The notes under the pieces are model-generated. The model worked only from the letters and a program-made list of their open reading frames with translations, ran no database searches and was not told where the DNA came from. From assembly GCA_964481595.1 (NCBI GenBank), contig CAYZVG010000001.1, positions 1 to 34,290 on the forward strand: a stretch of DNA of 34,290 nucleotides. Reading direction: 5' to 3'. Below, piece by piece: positions 9,647 to 18,179 of the stretch; positions within the stretch are counted from its first letter, which is position 1, and every line of letters starts with the position of its first letter. A program made the position numbers and the translations under genes. This DNA comes from an uncultured Terracidiphilus sp. GTDB taxonomy: Bacteria; Acidobacteriota; Terriglobia; Terriglobales; Acidobacteriaceae.

Positions 9647-10161
9647 ACCTCAAGATCAGGATCGAGAGACCGATGAGAGAAGCGGCTCCGCGAAAGACGG
9701 CGCAGCAGCCTGAGCAGCAGCCTGCCAAGCGCCAGCCTGCACCCGTTCGCAGGCCATTTTTGTCGTCGCTTGAGGATTTTGCGGATACGCGCAAGGTTGA
9801 AGCGCTCAAGAATCAGCAGATCTTCAAGATCTCAGAAACCAGACAAGTTCCGCCGCCCAGGCGCGTGCCAGCGCCGCAAACTATTTCGAGTAAGACGCCG
9901 GCACAGCCGCCGCGTCCCACCCTGTTGAGCCGCGCGATCTCTTTGCTGCGCTCCGCTGCTCCGGCCGCCAAGCAGTTGAAACTTGTTGAGTCAGTCTCTC
10001 TCGGCGAGAAGCGGTTCGTCGCCGTGGTTCACGCGGATGGCCGCAGGTTCCTGGTCGGCGGAGGAGCGTCGGGAGTCTCGCTGCTTGCGCAGTTAGAGGA
10101 ATCGCCGAAGTCTACAGAAAACTTACGTTCATTCGCCGGGCCAACGGAGCTTGCCGGATGA
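9643..10161 (+). CDS. fliO: FliO-family protein
   Basis: LKLVESVSLGEKRFVAVVHADGRRFLVGG...VSLL matches the FliO cytoplasmic domain; lies between fliN and fliP. Confidence 0.85.
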   Translation: MNLKIRIERPMREAAPRKTAQQPEQQPAKRQPAPVRRPFLSSLEDFADTRKVEALKNQQIFKISETRQVPPPRRVPAPQTISSKTPAQPPRPTLLSRAISLLRSAAPAAKQLKLVESVSLGEKRFVAVVHADGRRFLVGGGASGVSLLAQLEESPKSTENLRSFAGPTELAG

Positions 10162-11075
10162 CCTTGGTTCAGACAGTGGGAGCAATTGCGGTGCTTGCGG
10201 CGCTTTCGATCGCCGGGTCAACCCCGGCTCATGCGCAGACGGACACACTTGCTCCGGGAGCGGCCGGATCGCTTGCCGCGCCAGCGGCGGCAGCCACAGC
10301 CAATCCTGCTCCGATTCCGTTTGTCTCTCAGCCTGAACCCGCACCGGCCGCGCCGATGAGCGCCCCTTCAAAACCGGCCAACGCACCGGTGTATCAGACC
10401 ATGGCTCCGGCAAATAATGGTGGAATGTTGCACATTCAGGGCCTGGATGGCGAGGCGGTGCCGTGGTCGATCATTGTTACGCTCACGGTTCTCACGCTCA
10501 TCCCGTCGATTCTTTTGTGCGTTACTCCATTCGCTCGCCTCCTGATCGTGTTTCACTTTTTACGGCAGGCGCTTGGACTGCAGACCACCCCTTCAAACCA
10601 GACGCTCATCGGGCTCTCGCTCATCCTCACGTTCTTCTTGATGCAACCCGTGGGCGCTGAGATTTTTCACGATGCGGTTCTGCCCATGCAGGCCAAGCAG
10701 ATTACGCCGATGGAAGCATTGAATCGCGGAGAAGTGCCGCTGCGGAAGTTCATGATTCACTACGTGCGCGAAAAGGATGTGGCCTTGTTCGTCGAACTGG
10801 CCAAGGAGCCGCGCCCGGCCACGGTCGACGATGTTTCAATGCGGGTGCTGTTGCCCGCGTACATCGTTTCAGAGCTGAAGGCCGGCTTCCAAATTGGCAC
10901 TGTACTGTTTCTTCCGTTTCTGATTGTCGACATGGTTGTAGCTTCAATTACCACGTCGGTGGGCATGCTGCAGTTGCCGCCTGTTGTGATTTCAACCCCG
11001 CTCAAACTGCTGCTGTTTCTGATGGTGGATGGCTGGCATCTGTTGATCGGATCGCTGATGAGGAGTTTTAACTGA
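10158..11075 (+). CDS. fliP: Export gate protein FliP
   Basis: Signal peptide; LRQALGLQTTPSNQ, SELKAGFQIG..LFLPFLIVD, PLKLLLFLMVDGW. Confidence 0.97.
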   Translation: MTLVQTVGAIAVLAALSIAGSTPAHAQTDTLAPGAAGSLAAPAAAATANPAPIPFVSQPEPAPAAPMSAPSKPANAPVYQTMAPANNGGMLHIQGLDGEAVPWSIIVTLTVLTLIPSILLCVTPFARLLIVFHFLRQALGLQTTPSNQTLIGLSLILTFFLMQPVGAEIFHDAVLPMQAKQITPMEALNRGEVPLRKFMIHYVREKDVALFVELAKEPRPATVDDVSMRVLLPAYIVSELKAGFQIGTVLFLPFLIVDMVVASITTSVGMLQLPPVVISTPLKLLLFLMVDGWHLLIGSLMRSFN

Positions 11076-11079
11076 CGCT

Positions 11080-11349
11080 ATGGACGTTGATCAGGTTGTA
11101 CTGTTAGGCCGCATGGTGTTGCAGGAAGTGGTTATTCTTGCGGGACCGTGTCTGGCTGTCGCGATCCTGGTGAGCCTTAGCGTCAATATTGCCCAGGTGC
11201 TTACTTCGCTGCAAGACATGACGGTGTCAACCGTTGCCCGGCTGATTGCGACCGGAAGCGCACTCTTCGTATTGATGCCCTGGATGTGGCGTCATCTGGC
11301 CACCTTCACGCTCGGCACGTTTTCAGATTTTCACGCGTACTTGAAATGA
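11080..11349 (+). CDS. fliQ: Export gate protein FliQ
   Basis: 89-aa hydrophobic protein with QVLTSLQD and MPWM, between fliP and fliR. Confidence 0.92.
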   Translation: MDVDQVVLLGRMVLQEVVILAGPCLAVAILVSLSVNIAQVLTSLQDMTVSTVARLIATGSALFVLMPWMWRHLATFTLGTFSDFHAYLK

Positions 11350-12116
11350 TCGATATACCTCTCATCGCGATCATCACCGGCCTGCTCACCATTGGTGTGC
11401 GGATCACGGGACTCATGCTGTTTGCGCCGTTCCTCGGTAGCGCCGTGATCCCCGCCCGCATCAAGGCGATTCTCGTGCTGGCGATTACAGTGTTGCTTTA
11501 TCCCACGGTTGGGCCGACGATCGGCGCGCACACTCTGGCCGAATGGGTGCCGCTGGTCATTTCGGAGTTCATTATTGGAATCGGAATGGGCTTAGCAACC
11601 AACGTGGTGTTTGAGGCAGTGCAGCTTACCGGCCAGGTGCTTGGCGTGCAGATGGGCTACTCGCTGGTGAATATTCTCGACCCGCAGAGCCAGGTGGACA
11701 CCACTGTGGTGGCCGTGTTCTACCAGAGCATTGTGATGCTGCTTTTCTTGCGGATGGATGTGCACTACTGGCTTTTGCGCGCAGTGGGCAACAGCTTTCA
11801 ATATCTGCCGCCGGGCTCGGCGCACATCAACAGCCTGTTCACCATGGCGATAGTAAAGACGGTCGGCGATATGTTCGGCCTGGGCGTGCAGATTGCCGCT
11901 CCCGTGCTCTCGGCCACACTGGCTGCGGACATCATTCTCGGCCTTCTCGGCAAGGCATCGCCCAACATGCCCCTCATGCTGCTTGGCCCGGCGGTAAAGA
12001 GCTTGCTGGGCATGTTTATTTTGATTGCGACCCTCAAGTATTGGCCCGATCTTTTTCACCGCTTATTTCTGGATTCAATGACAAACGGCGAACGCATATT
12101 TCACCTGGCAAGTTAG
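11346..12116 (+). CDS. fliR: Export gate protein FliR
   Basis: RITGLMLFAPF, IPARIK, GQVLGVQMG...DP, KASPNM; ATGA overlap with fliQ. Confidence 0.95.
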   Translation: MIDIPLIAIITGLLTIGVRITGLMLFAPFLGSAVIPARIKAILVLAITVLLYPTVGPTIGAHTLAEWVPLVISEFIIGIGMGLATNVVFEAVQLTGQVLGVQMGYSLVNILDPQSQVDTTVVAVFYQSIVMLLFLRMDVHYWLLRAVGNSFQYLPPGSAHINSLFTMAIVKTVGDMFGLGVQIAAPVLSATLAADIILGLLGKASPNMPLMLLGPAVKSLLGMFILIATLKYWPDLFHRLFLDSMTNGERIFHLAS

Positions 12117-12122
12117 AGAACA

Positions 12123-13238
12123 ATGGCAGATTCAAATAAAACAGAACAGGCAAAACCACGGCAACGGCAGAAAGCCAGAGAGCGCGGCCAGGTCACTCGT
12201 TCGCGCGAGCTCAGCGGCGCGCTGTCGATGTCTGCCGTTGCCGGTGTTCTGTATCTGACGGGCCGGGTTGCGGTTCCGCACTGGACGCATTTCTTTCGCA
12301 CTACACTCGATATGGCGTCGACAGAGTCGATTGAGCCTGGCGGTCCGCTTCTGTTCTGGACCAGTATTGAAGCCATGCGCTGGGTGTTTCCGGTTCTGGG
12401 CGCTGGACTCGTTGTCTCTCTGGCTGCCGGCCTGGCGCAAGGCGGATTTGTCTTCGCTCCGGAAGCGCTTGCTTTCAAGTTCGAACGGTTGAGCCCCTCA
12501 AACAAGCTGAAGCAACTTTTTTCTCCCACAGGATTGAGTACAATTCTCAAGTCGCTGCTGCCGTTCACCGCGATTGCATGGGTTGGCGTGGCCTCTGTCC
12601 GCACTCACTGGTCTGAGATTCTGCAAAGCTCGTACGCCGACTCGCGCCAGTTTGTCGTGCTCATGGGCACCATCCTTATCCAGATTCTGTGGAAGTCGGG
12701 CCTCATCTTTCTGGTGTGGGCGGGCGTGGATTACATGCTGATGTGGTGGAAGAACGAAGGCGACCTGAAGATGAGCCGCCAGGATTTGCGCGACGAGCTG
12801 AAGCAGACCGAAGGCAATCCCCAGAGCAAAGCCAGGATCAGAAGAATCCAACGCCAGACGCGGCGCAGACAGATGCTGAAGAGCGCCGAGAAGGCCACCG
12901 TCGTAATCACAAACCCGACCCACTACGCGGTTGCCCTCCGTTATGAACCGGACATGCCGGCACCGGTGGTTGTGGCCAAAGGTTTGGATCATCTGGCTCA
13001 GAAGATCAAAGAGGTTGCCTGGAATCTCGATATTCCAGTGATGGAAAACAGGCCGCTGGCGCAGGCGCTTTATCGCAGCGCTGAAGTCGGCGATCCCATT
13101 CCCTCCGCGCTGTATCAGGCTGTGGCCGAGATCCTGGTGATGGTCTTCAAGGCCCAGGCCGAGGTGCGCAACCGCGAGGCGCAAAGAAGAGCAATGGTGA
13201 TGCAACAAATGCAGCAATCGAATGCGAGGACGCAGTGA
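12123..13238 (+). CDS. flhB: Export switch protein FlhB
   Basis: KTEQA..R...ARERGQV.RSREL, EGNP, NPTH autocleavage motif. Confidence 0.98.
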   Translation: MADSNKTEQAKPRQRQKARERGQVTRSRELSGALSMSAVAGVLYLTGRVAVPHWTHFFRTTLDMASTESIEPGGPLLFWTSIEAMRWVFPVLGAGLVVSLAAGLAQGGFVFAPEALAFKFERLSPSNKLKQLFSPTGLSTILKSLLPFTAIAWVGVASVRTHWSEILQSSYADSRQFVVLMGTILIQILWKSGLIFLVWAGVDYMLMWWKNEGDLKMSRQDLRDELKQTEGNPQSKARIRRIQRQTRRRQMLKSAEKATVVITNPTHYAVALRYEPDMPAPVVVAKGLDHLAQKIKEVAWNLDIPVMENRPLAQALYRSAEVGDPIPSALYQAVAEILVMVFKAQAEVRNREAQRRAMVMQQMQQSNARTQ

Positions 13239-15385
13239 CGACCACTGAAGTGAAGACCGCTGGAACCACGAAACCCGGAGCAGCAAAGCCAGGCTTGGCG
13301 AAACCTGGCTCAACAAAGCTGGGATTGCTTGCGACGCTACGCACCTACTCCGATTGGGTGATTCCCGTTGGCGCGGTTGCGCTGGTATTTGTGATGCTGG
13401 TGCCTATGCCGAGCTTCGTCCTCGATCTGCTGCTCGCCGTCAGCCTTACCGCATCGGTGCTGGTGCTGCTCACTGCCATTCAGGTGTTGCGCCCGGTGGA
13501 GTTTTCAGTTTTTCCCAGCCTGATTCTGCTTCTCACCTTAATGCGGCTGGCGCTCGATCTTGCTGCTACGCGCCGCATCCTGCTGCACGGCAGCGAGGGC
13601 TCGTCCGCAGCCGGAAAAGTGATTGAGGCATTCGGGCAGTTTGTTGTCGGCGGCAATTACATTGTCGGTTTTGTCATCTTTCTCGCGTTGATTGCCATTC
13701 AATATTTGGTGGTGAGCCACGGCGCAGTGCGCACGGCTGAAGTGACTGCACGCTTTACTCTCGACGCAATGCCGGGCAAGCAGATGGCCATCGATTCCGA
13801 CCTGAATACCGGCCTCATCAATGCCGACCAGGCCCGCCAGCGCCGTCAGCAAGTGGCGCGCGAGGCGGAGTTCTGCGGCGCAATGGACGGCGCGGCGCGA
13901 TTCAGCCAGAGAGATTCAATGGCGACCATTCTGATTATGGCCATCAACATCGTGGCCGGATTCATGATTGGCGTCTTTCAGCAGGGAGTTCCGTTTGAGC
14001 AGGCTCTGAAGACCTACACGATTCTGACTGTGGGCGACGGCCTGGTCGTGATTATTCCTTCGCTTCTGGTATCGGTGGCCGGCGCTATCGTGGTGACGCG
14101 CGCGGCGTCGGATCGCTCGCTGGGCGGCGACATCGGCAAACAGATGTTCAGCACCGCACGTCCGCTGTGGATTGTGGCCGGCTGTCTCATCTCTCTTGCG
14201 CTGATTCCGGGAATGCCCAAGGTTTCATTCATCCTGATTGGCGGCGGAATCATGTACGCGGCATGGAAGATGAAGCCCGGCGCACAGGCTGCAGCGGCCG
14301 CTGCCAAAGCCGTAGCCGAAGGCGGAGCCAAGCCGGGCGTGCCGGTCATCGATCCGATGGACGCGGCGCTCAAGCTGGACGACCTGATGCTGGAAGTGGG
14401 CGTAGGCCTGGTTCCGCTTGTGGATGTGAAGCAGGGCGGCCAGTTGCTGGCGCGCGTCAAGTCGCTGCGCAAAACCCTCGCCCAGACCCTTGGCTTTCTG
14501 GTTCCTTCTATCCACATCACGGATAACCTCTCGCTGAAGGAGAAGGAGTACGTCATCTATCTGCGCGGAGTTGAGATTGCGCGCTGGGAGATGAAGCCCG
14601 GCCGCTTGCTGGCCGTGAACTCGAATCCCAAGCCGGGCGATCTGCCGGGGCAGGAGACGCAGGAGCCGGCATTCAATTCGCCCGCCAAGTGGATCACTCC
14701 CGACATGCAGGCGCAGGCCATCTCCGCGGGTTATGCCGTGGTCGATCACACTTCTGTGCTGGCCGCGCATCTGTCGGAGATCATCAAGCAGAATGCGCAC
14801 GACCTGCTTACCCGCCACGAGACCAAGCGGCTTGTCGACCGGCTCACCGACTCGCATCCGAAATTGGTAGAGGAGTTGATTCCAAAACTCATGTCGCTCG
14901 GCGAAGTGCAAAGAGTGCTGCAGCAGTTGCTGCGCGAACAGGTTTCGATCCGCGATCTTGGATCGATTCTGGAAACGATGGTGGAGACGGCGGCCATCAA
15001 CAAGAATCCCGTTGTGCTGGTTGAAGCGGCAAGACACGCTCTGGGCCGCGCACTGGTTCGTCCGCTTCTTGACGAAACGGGACGCCTGAAGGTGGTTACG
15101 CTCGACAACGCTCTTGAAGAAGAATGCGCGCGCTCCTCTCAACAGACGCCGCAGATGGCATCGTCTGGGGCAATGCAGATTTCCGTTGCCCGCAAGGTGC
15201 TTGAAGGGCTGCGCGCAATGCTTGGGGATCAGGTTTCAGTCGCGCCTCCCGTTCTCTTATGCTCGTCTCCCGGCCGTTTCTACCTGAGGCGAGTGCTGGA
15301 GCCGTTCATTCCGAGGATTGTGGTGATCTCGCCGTCGGAGATTCCCGCATCCACGCAGGTAATGTCACTGGGGTGTGTGCGATGA
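13235..15385 (+). CDS. flhA: Export apparatus protein FlhA
   Basis: FSVFPSLIL, AEVTARFTLDAMPGKQMAID, GAMDGA, LTVGDGLV; GTG start overlapping the flhB stop. Confidence 0.98.
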   Translation: MTTTEVKTAGTTKPGAAKPGLAKPGSTKLGLLATLRTYSDWVIPVGAVALVFVMLVPMPSFVLDLLLAVSLTASVLVLLTAIQVLRPVEFSVFPSLILLLTLMRLALDLAATRRILLHGSEGSSAAGKVIEAFGQFVVGGNYIVGFVIFLALIAIQYLVVSHGAVRTAEVTARFTLDAMPGKQMAIDSDLNTGLINADQARQRRQQVAREAEFCGAMDGAARFSQRDSMATILIMAINIVAGFMIGVFQQGVPFEQALKTYTILTVGDGLVVIIPSLLVSVAGAIVVTRAASDRSLGGDIGKQMFSTARPLWIVAGCLISLALIPGMPKVSFILIGGGIMYAAWKMKPGAQAAAAAAKAVAEGGAKPGVPVIDPMDAALKLDDLMLEVGVGLVPLVDVKQGGQLLARVKSLRKTLAQTLGFLVPSIHITDNLSLKEKEYVIYLRGVEIARWEMKPGRLLAVNSNPKPGDLPGQETQEPAFNSPAKWITPDMQAQAISAGYAVVDHTSVLAAHLSEIIKQNAHDLLTRHETKRLVDRLTDSHPKLVEELIPKLMSLGEVQRVLQQLLREQVSIRDLGSILETMVETAAINKNPVVLVEAARHALGRALVRPLLDETGRLKVVTLDNALEEECARSSQQTPQMASSGAMQISVARKVLEGLRAMLGDQVSVAPPVLLCSSPGRFYLRRVLEPFIPRIVVISPSEIPASTQVMSLGCVR

Positions 15386-15422
15386 AGATGCGCTTTACGA
15401 TCACGGTTGACGGGGGGAACAA

Positions 15423-16223
15423 ATGACCGCAGCAGAGCTGGCATACAAGACGAGTGCAACCGTTGCGACCGATCCTGACGATCTCGTGACTCAGGAATTG
15501 TCGCAGGTCTATTACATTGCGTCGCGCATTCGCGAGCGCCTGCCTCAGCACGTTGAGCTGGAGGACCTGGTGAGCGCCGGTGTGGTGGGTCTGATTGAAG
15601 CGGCGCGGAGTTTCGACAGCTCGAAGAACGTGCACTTTAGGACCTTCGCCAAGTTCCGCATTCGCGGAGCAATCTTCGACAGCTTGCGCGAGACCGATTG
15701 GGGATCGCGCTATATGCGCAGAAAAGGGCGCGAGATAGCGGACGCAACTGCGCGCCTTGAAGCCCGGATGGGACGCCGCCCCCAGGAACACGAGGTCGCC
15801 GAGGAGATGCACGTCGAGCCGGAATACCTGCGCAAGATCATCGGACAGCTTGATGCGCTGCAAGTGGGCAGCCAGAGCGTGGCGGTATCGAGTGACCGCT
15901 CGGAGTCGCTCGACGTGATCGAGTCGGCGCCGAACCTCGACGACCCAGATCCTCTGGAGATATGTCTTGATGGAGAAAGAAAAGCGCACCTGGCCGAGGC
16001 CATCTCAAAACTATCTGAAAGAGAGCAACTGATTCTGTCGTTGTATTACCGGGAAGAGCTGACCATGAAAGAAATCGCCAAGGTAGTGGGAGTGGCGCTC
16101 TCGCGGGTCTCGCAAATCCGCCAGGAAATTATGGTGAAGCTGCGCGTTTCTCTCGACCATCTGCAAGCCAGTCCGATGCCGATGACTGTCAATAATAGGA
16201 GAGGGTATTATGAGCACGCCTAG
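15423..16223 (+). CDS. fliA: RNA polymerase sigma-28 factor FliA/WhiG
   Basis: LPQHVELEDLVSAGVVGLIEA..FD, RIRGAIFDSLR..DW, LSEREQLILSLYYREELTMKEIA.V.GV..SRVSQI. Confidence 0.96.
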   Translation: MTAAELAYKTSATVATDPDDLVTQELSQVYYIASRIRERLPQHVELEDLVSAGVVGLIEAARSFDSSKNVHFRTFAKFRIRGAIFDSLRETDWGSRYMRRKGREIADATARLEARMGRRPQEHEVAEEMHVEPEYLRKIIGQLDALQVGSQSVAVSSDRSESLDVIESAPNLDDPDPLEICLDGERKAHLAEAISKLSEREQLILSLYYREELTMKEIAKVVGVALSRVSQIRQEIMVKLRVSLDHLQASPMPMTVNNRRGYYEHA

Positions 16224-17166
16224 TTTGAACCCCTCTGAAGTTTTGCCGACGACCGCGCCGCCAGCCGCGCAAAAGCCGCCGGCTAAGACCAAGCAGGTTC
16301 ATAACTGCAATTTCCGTCTTGCCGGACGCTTGTCGAATGAAGATGCGCGCTCGGTGATCGCCATCCATACCATCTTTGCGCAGCATGTCACCGACGCGCT
16401 GGACGCGTACCTTGGAGGTGGCGTCGAAGTGAAGTTCGGCACGCTCAATCAGCTTGCCATCAAGGATTACCTTGCGGAGATTTCCGAGCCTAGTTACGTT
16501 GTGCCGTTTTCCTCCGGTCTGGTAACAGTGGAGTTCGGCGTCGATATGGTCTTTCCCATCGTCGAACTGCTGATGGGCGGCGCGGCCGAACCCCAAAGCG
16601 CATCGCGCGACCTCTCTGAGATTGAAGAAGAGGTGATGCACGACGTGGTCCGGCTGATCGTGCGTCAGGCTGAAACACTATGGGCAATTCCGGGCATCGC
16701 GCTCAACGCGGAGCCTCGCATCAAGCCCTCTATGATGTACCAGAGTTTTCGCCCGACCGAAAAGCTTGCGGTCTTGCGCTTTGAGATAACGCTTGGCAAC
16801 GCGGCAGGCGCATTCAACCTGGTTCTTGCCAAGCCGCTTCTCGACTCGCTCATCAAGAAGGTGAAGGAAGACCAGCCGCAGAAGAAGCAAAAACTGCGCA
16901 GCTTTCCCTCGCCTCCTCTGCGCGAACGCATTCTCGATTGCGATATGGAAGTGGTTACCGAATTGACCGGAATCAAAGTCGCGGTCAAGGATCTGGTTGC
17001 GTTGCAGCCGGGTTCGGTGTTGAAGCTGCGCGCTCCCATCCGGATGGCGGGGATGCTGACCGCCGGCGGGCGCGGACTTTTTGAGGCGGTTCCAGTACGC
17101 AATGGCACGCAGCGTGCCGCACAGCTTGGTCCACGTGTTTCGTCGACAGATTTGAAGAGGGGATAA
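16210..17166 (+). CDS. fliM: Flagellar motor switch protein FliM (divergent N-terminus)
   Basis: NFRLAGRLS, ELLMGG, RDLSEIE middle domain and a C-terminal SpoA domain. Confidence 0.88.
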   Translation: MSTPSLNPSEVLPTTAPPAAQKPPAKTKQVHNCNFRLAGRLSNEDARSVIAIHTIFAQHVTDALDAYLGGGVEVKFGTLNQLAIKDYLAEISEPSYVVPFSSGLVTVEFGVDMVFPIVELLMGGAAEPQSASRDLSEIEEEVMHDVVRLIVRQAETLWAIPGIALNAEPRIKPSMMYQSFRPTEKLAVLRFEITLGNAAGAFNLVLAKPLLDSLIKKVKEDQPQKKQKLRSFPSPPLRERILDCDMEVVTELTGIKVAVKDLVALQPGSVLKLRAPIRMAGMLTAGGRGLFEAVPVRNGTQRAAQLGPRVSSTDLKRG

Positions 17167-17171
17167 ACGCA

Positions 17172-17969
17172 ATGAATAAAGACGCTAAAAAGAATGGCGC
17201 CAATGTCTTCGCCGCCGCATTTGCTGAGGCTCTATCCGACGTACTGACTGAGTCAGCGGATTCACCATGGCCGCTCGAATTGATGCCCTGCGGCGCCGTT
17301 CCCACGACCAAGGGAACGCCGATCCACTTCCGGCTCACCTTGACCGAAGGGCTTTGCGGGGAATGCTTCATTGAGTTCTCTGAGCCGCAGGCCGTGGTTC
17401 TGCTCGCCCAGATGCTCCATGGGCCGGTGGACGAGGTCGCCGAAGAACACAAAGAGACGCTGGCGAAGGCCCTTTTGCAGGCCGCGGAAAAGGCCGCCGC
17501 TTCGCTCCAGGACAAGTTCGGACCGGTCAACGTGAAGGTCGATCCGGTTGCCGGCCTGGCTTTTGGGGGAATGTTCGTGGTTCCGATTGCAGCATGCGAT
17601 TCGGGAACGGAGATGCAGGTGCTGCTCTTCTTTGGCGGGCAACTGCTTGAGGCGCTCTCGGCGGCGTATGGAAACGGCGAGGCGGATGGGGCGGAAGAAC
17701 TCGTGGTTTCTCCGCGCAACCTGAAGCTGGTGATGGATGTGGAGCTGAATGTCTCGCTGCGCTTTGGCCAGCGGCAACTGCCTCTGCGCGATGTGCTGGA
17801 TCTGGGCAGCGGCTCCATCGTCGAACTCGACCGCATGGTGGACGATCCCGTGGAGCTTTATCTCGACGGTAAACTGATTGCCCGGGGCGAGGCGGTTGTT
17901 GTCGATGGCAACTACGGATTGCGCGTGACGGAGATTCCGCAGCCGATCGCCAATCACTTCTTGAATTGA
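17172..17969 (+). CDS. fliN: Long FliN/FliY-like switch protein (N-terminal extra domain + SpoA)
   Basis: C-terminal NLKLVMDVELNVSLRFG...GSIVELDR..DDPVELYLDGKLIARGEAVVVDGNYGLRVTEI; ~180-aa N-terminal domain. Confidence 0.9.
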   Translation: MNKDAKKNGANVFAAAFAEALSDVLTESADSPWPLELMPCGAVPTTKGTPIHFRLTLTEGLCGECFIEFSEPQAVVLLAQMLHGPVDEVAEEHKETLAKALLQAAEKAAASLQDKFGPVNVKVDPVAGLAFGGMFVVPIAACDSGTEMQVLLFFGGQLLEALSAAYGNGEADGAEELVVSPRNLKLVMDVELNVSLRFGQRQLPLRDVLDLGSGSIVELDRMVDDPVELYLDGKLIARGEAVVVDGNYGLRVTEIPQPIANHFLN

Positions 17970-17970
17970 C

Positions 17971-18012
17971 GCGCGGCGGCGAGCTGTTGCCTACGGCTCG
18001 CCGCCGTGTTTT
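17971..18012 (+). terminator. Intrinsic terminator after fliN/fliY
   Basis: Stem CGGCGGCGAGCTGT/ACGGCTCGCCGCCG (one G-U pair) followed by TGTTTT. Confidence 0.8.
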
Positions 18013-18131
18013 GAGGTTACTAATTGCACAGCAACTGGACGCGGGACCAACCGTTCCGCGTACAATTGTTCGATTCGAAGAGCGGTTTTCCACAATTAAC
18101 GATGTGTCTGAAGATTCTGACGTTTTTTGAG

Positions 18132-18159
18132 TGAAACTAGCTGCGCGAGTTGCCGATAA
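18132..18159 (+). promoter_or_regulatory. Sigma-28 promoter upstream of the HDOD gene
   Basis: TGAA-N16-GCCGATAA. Confidence 0.75.
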
Positions 18160-18179
18160 ATGTGCCAGGCGGTGGCACG

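Noticed and set aside
187-15385. Injectisome (non-flagellar T3SS) interpretation
   Set aside because: Rod, hook, L/P rings, flagellin and FliA/FlgM are all present, and there is no secretin or needle gene.
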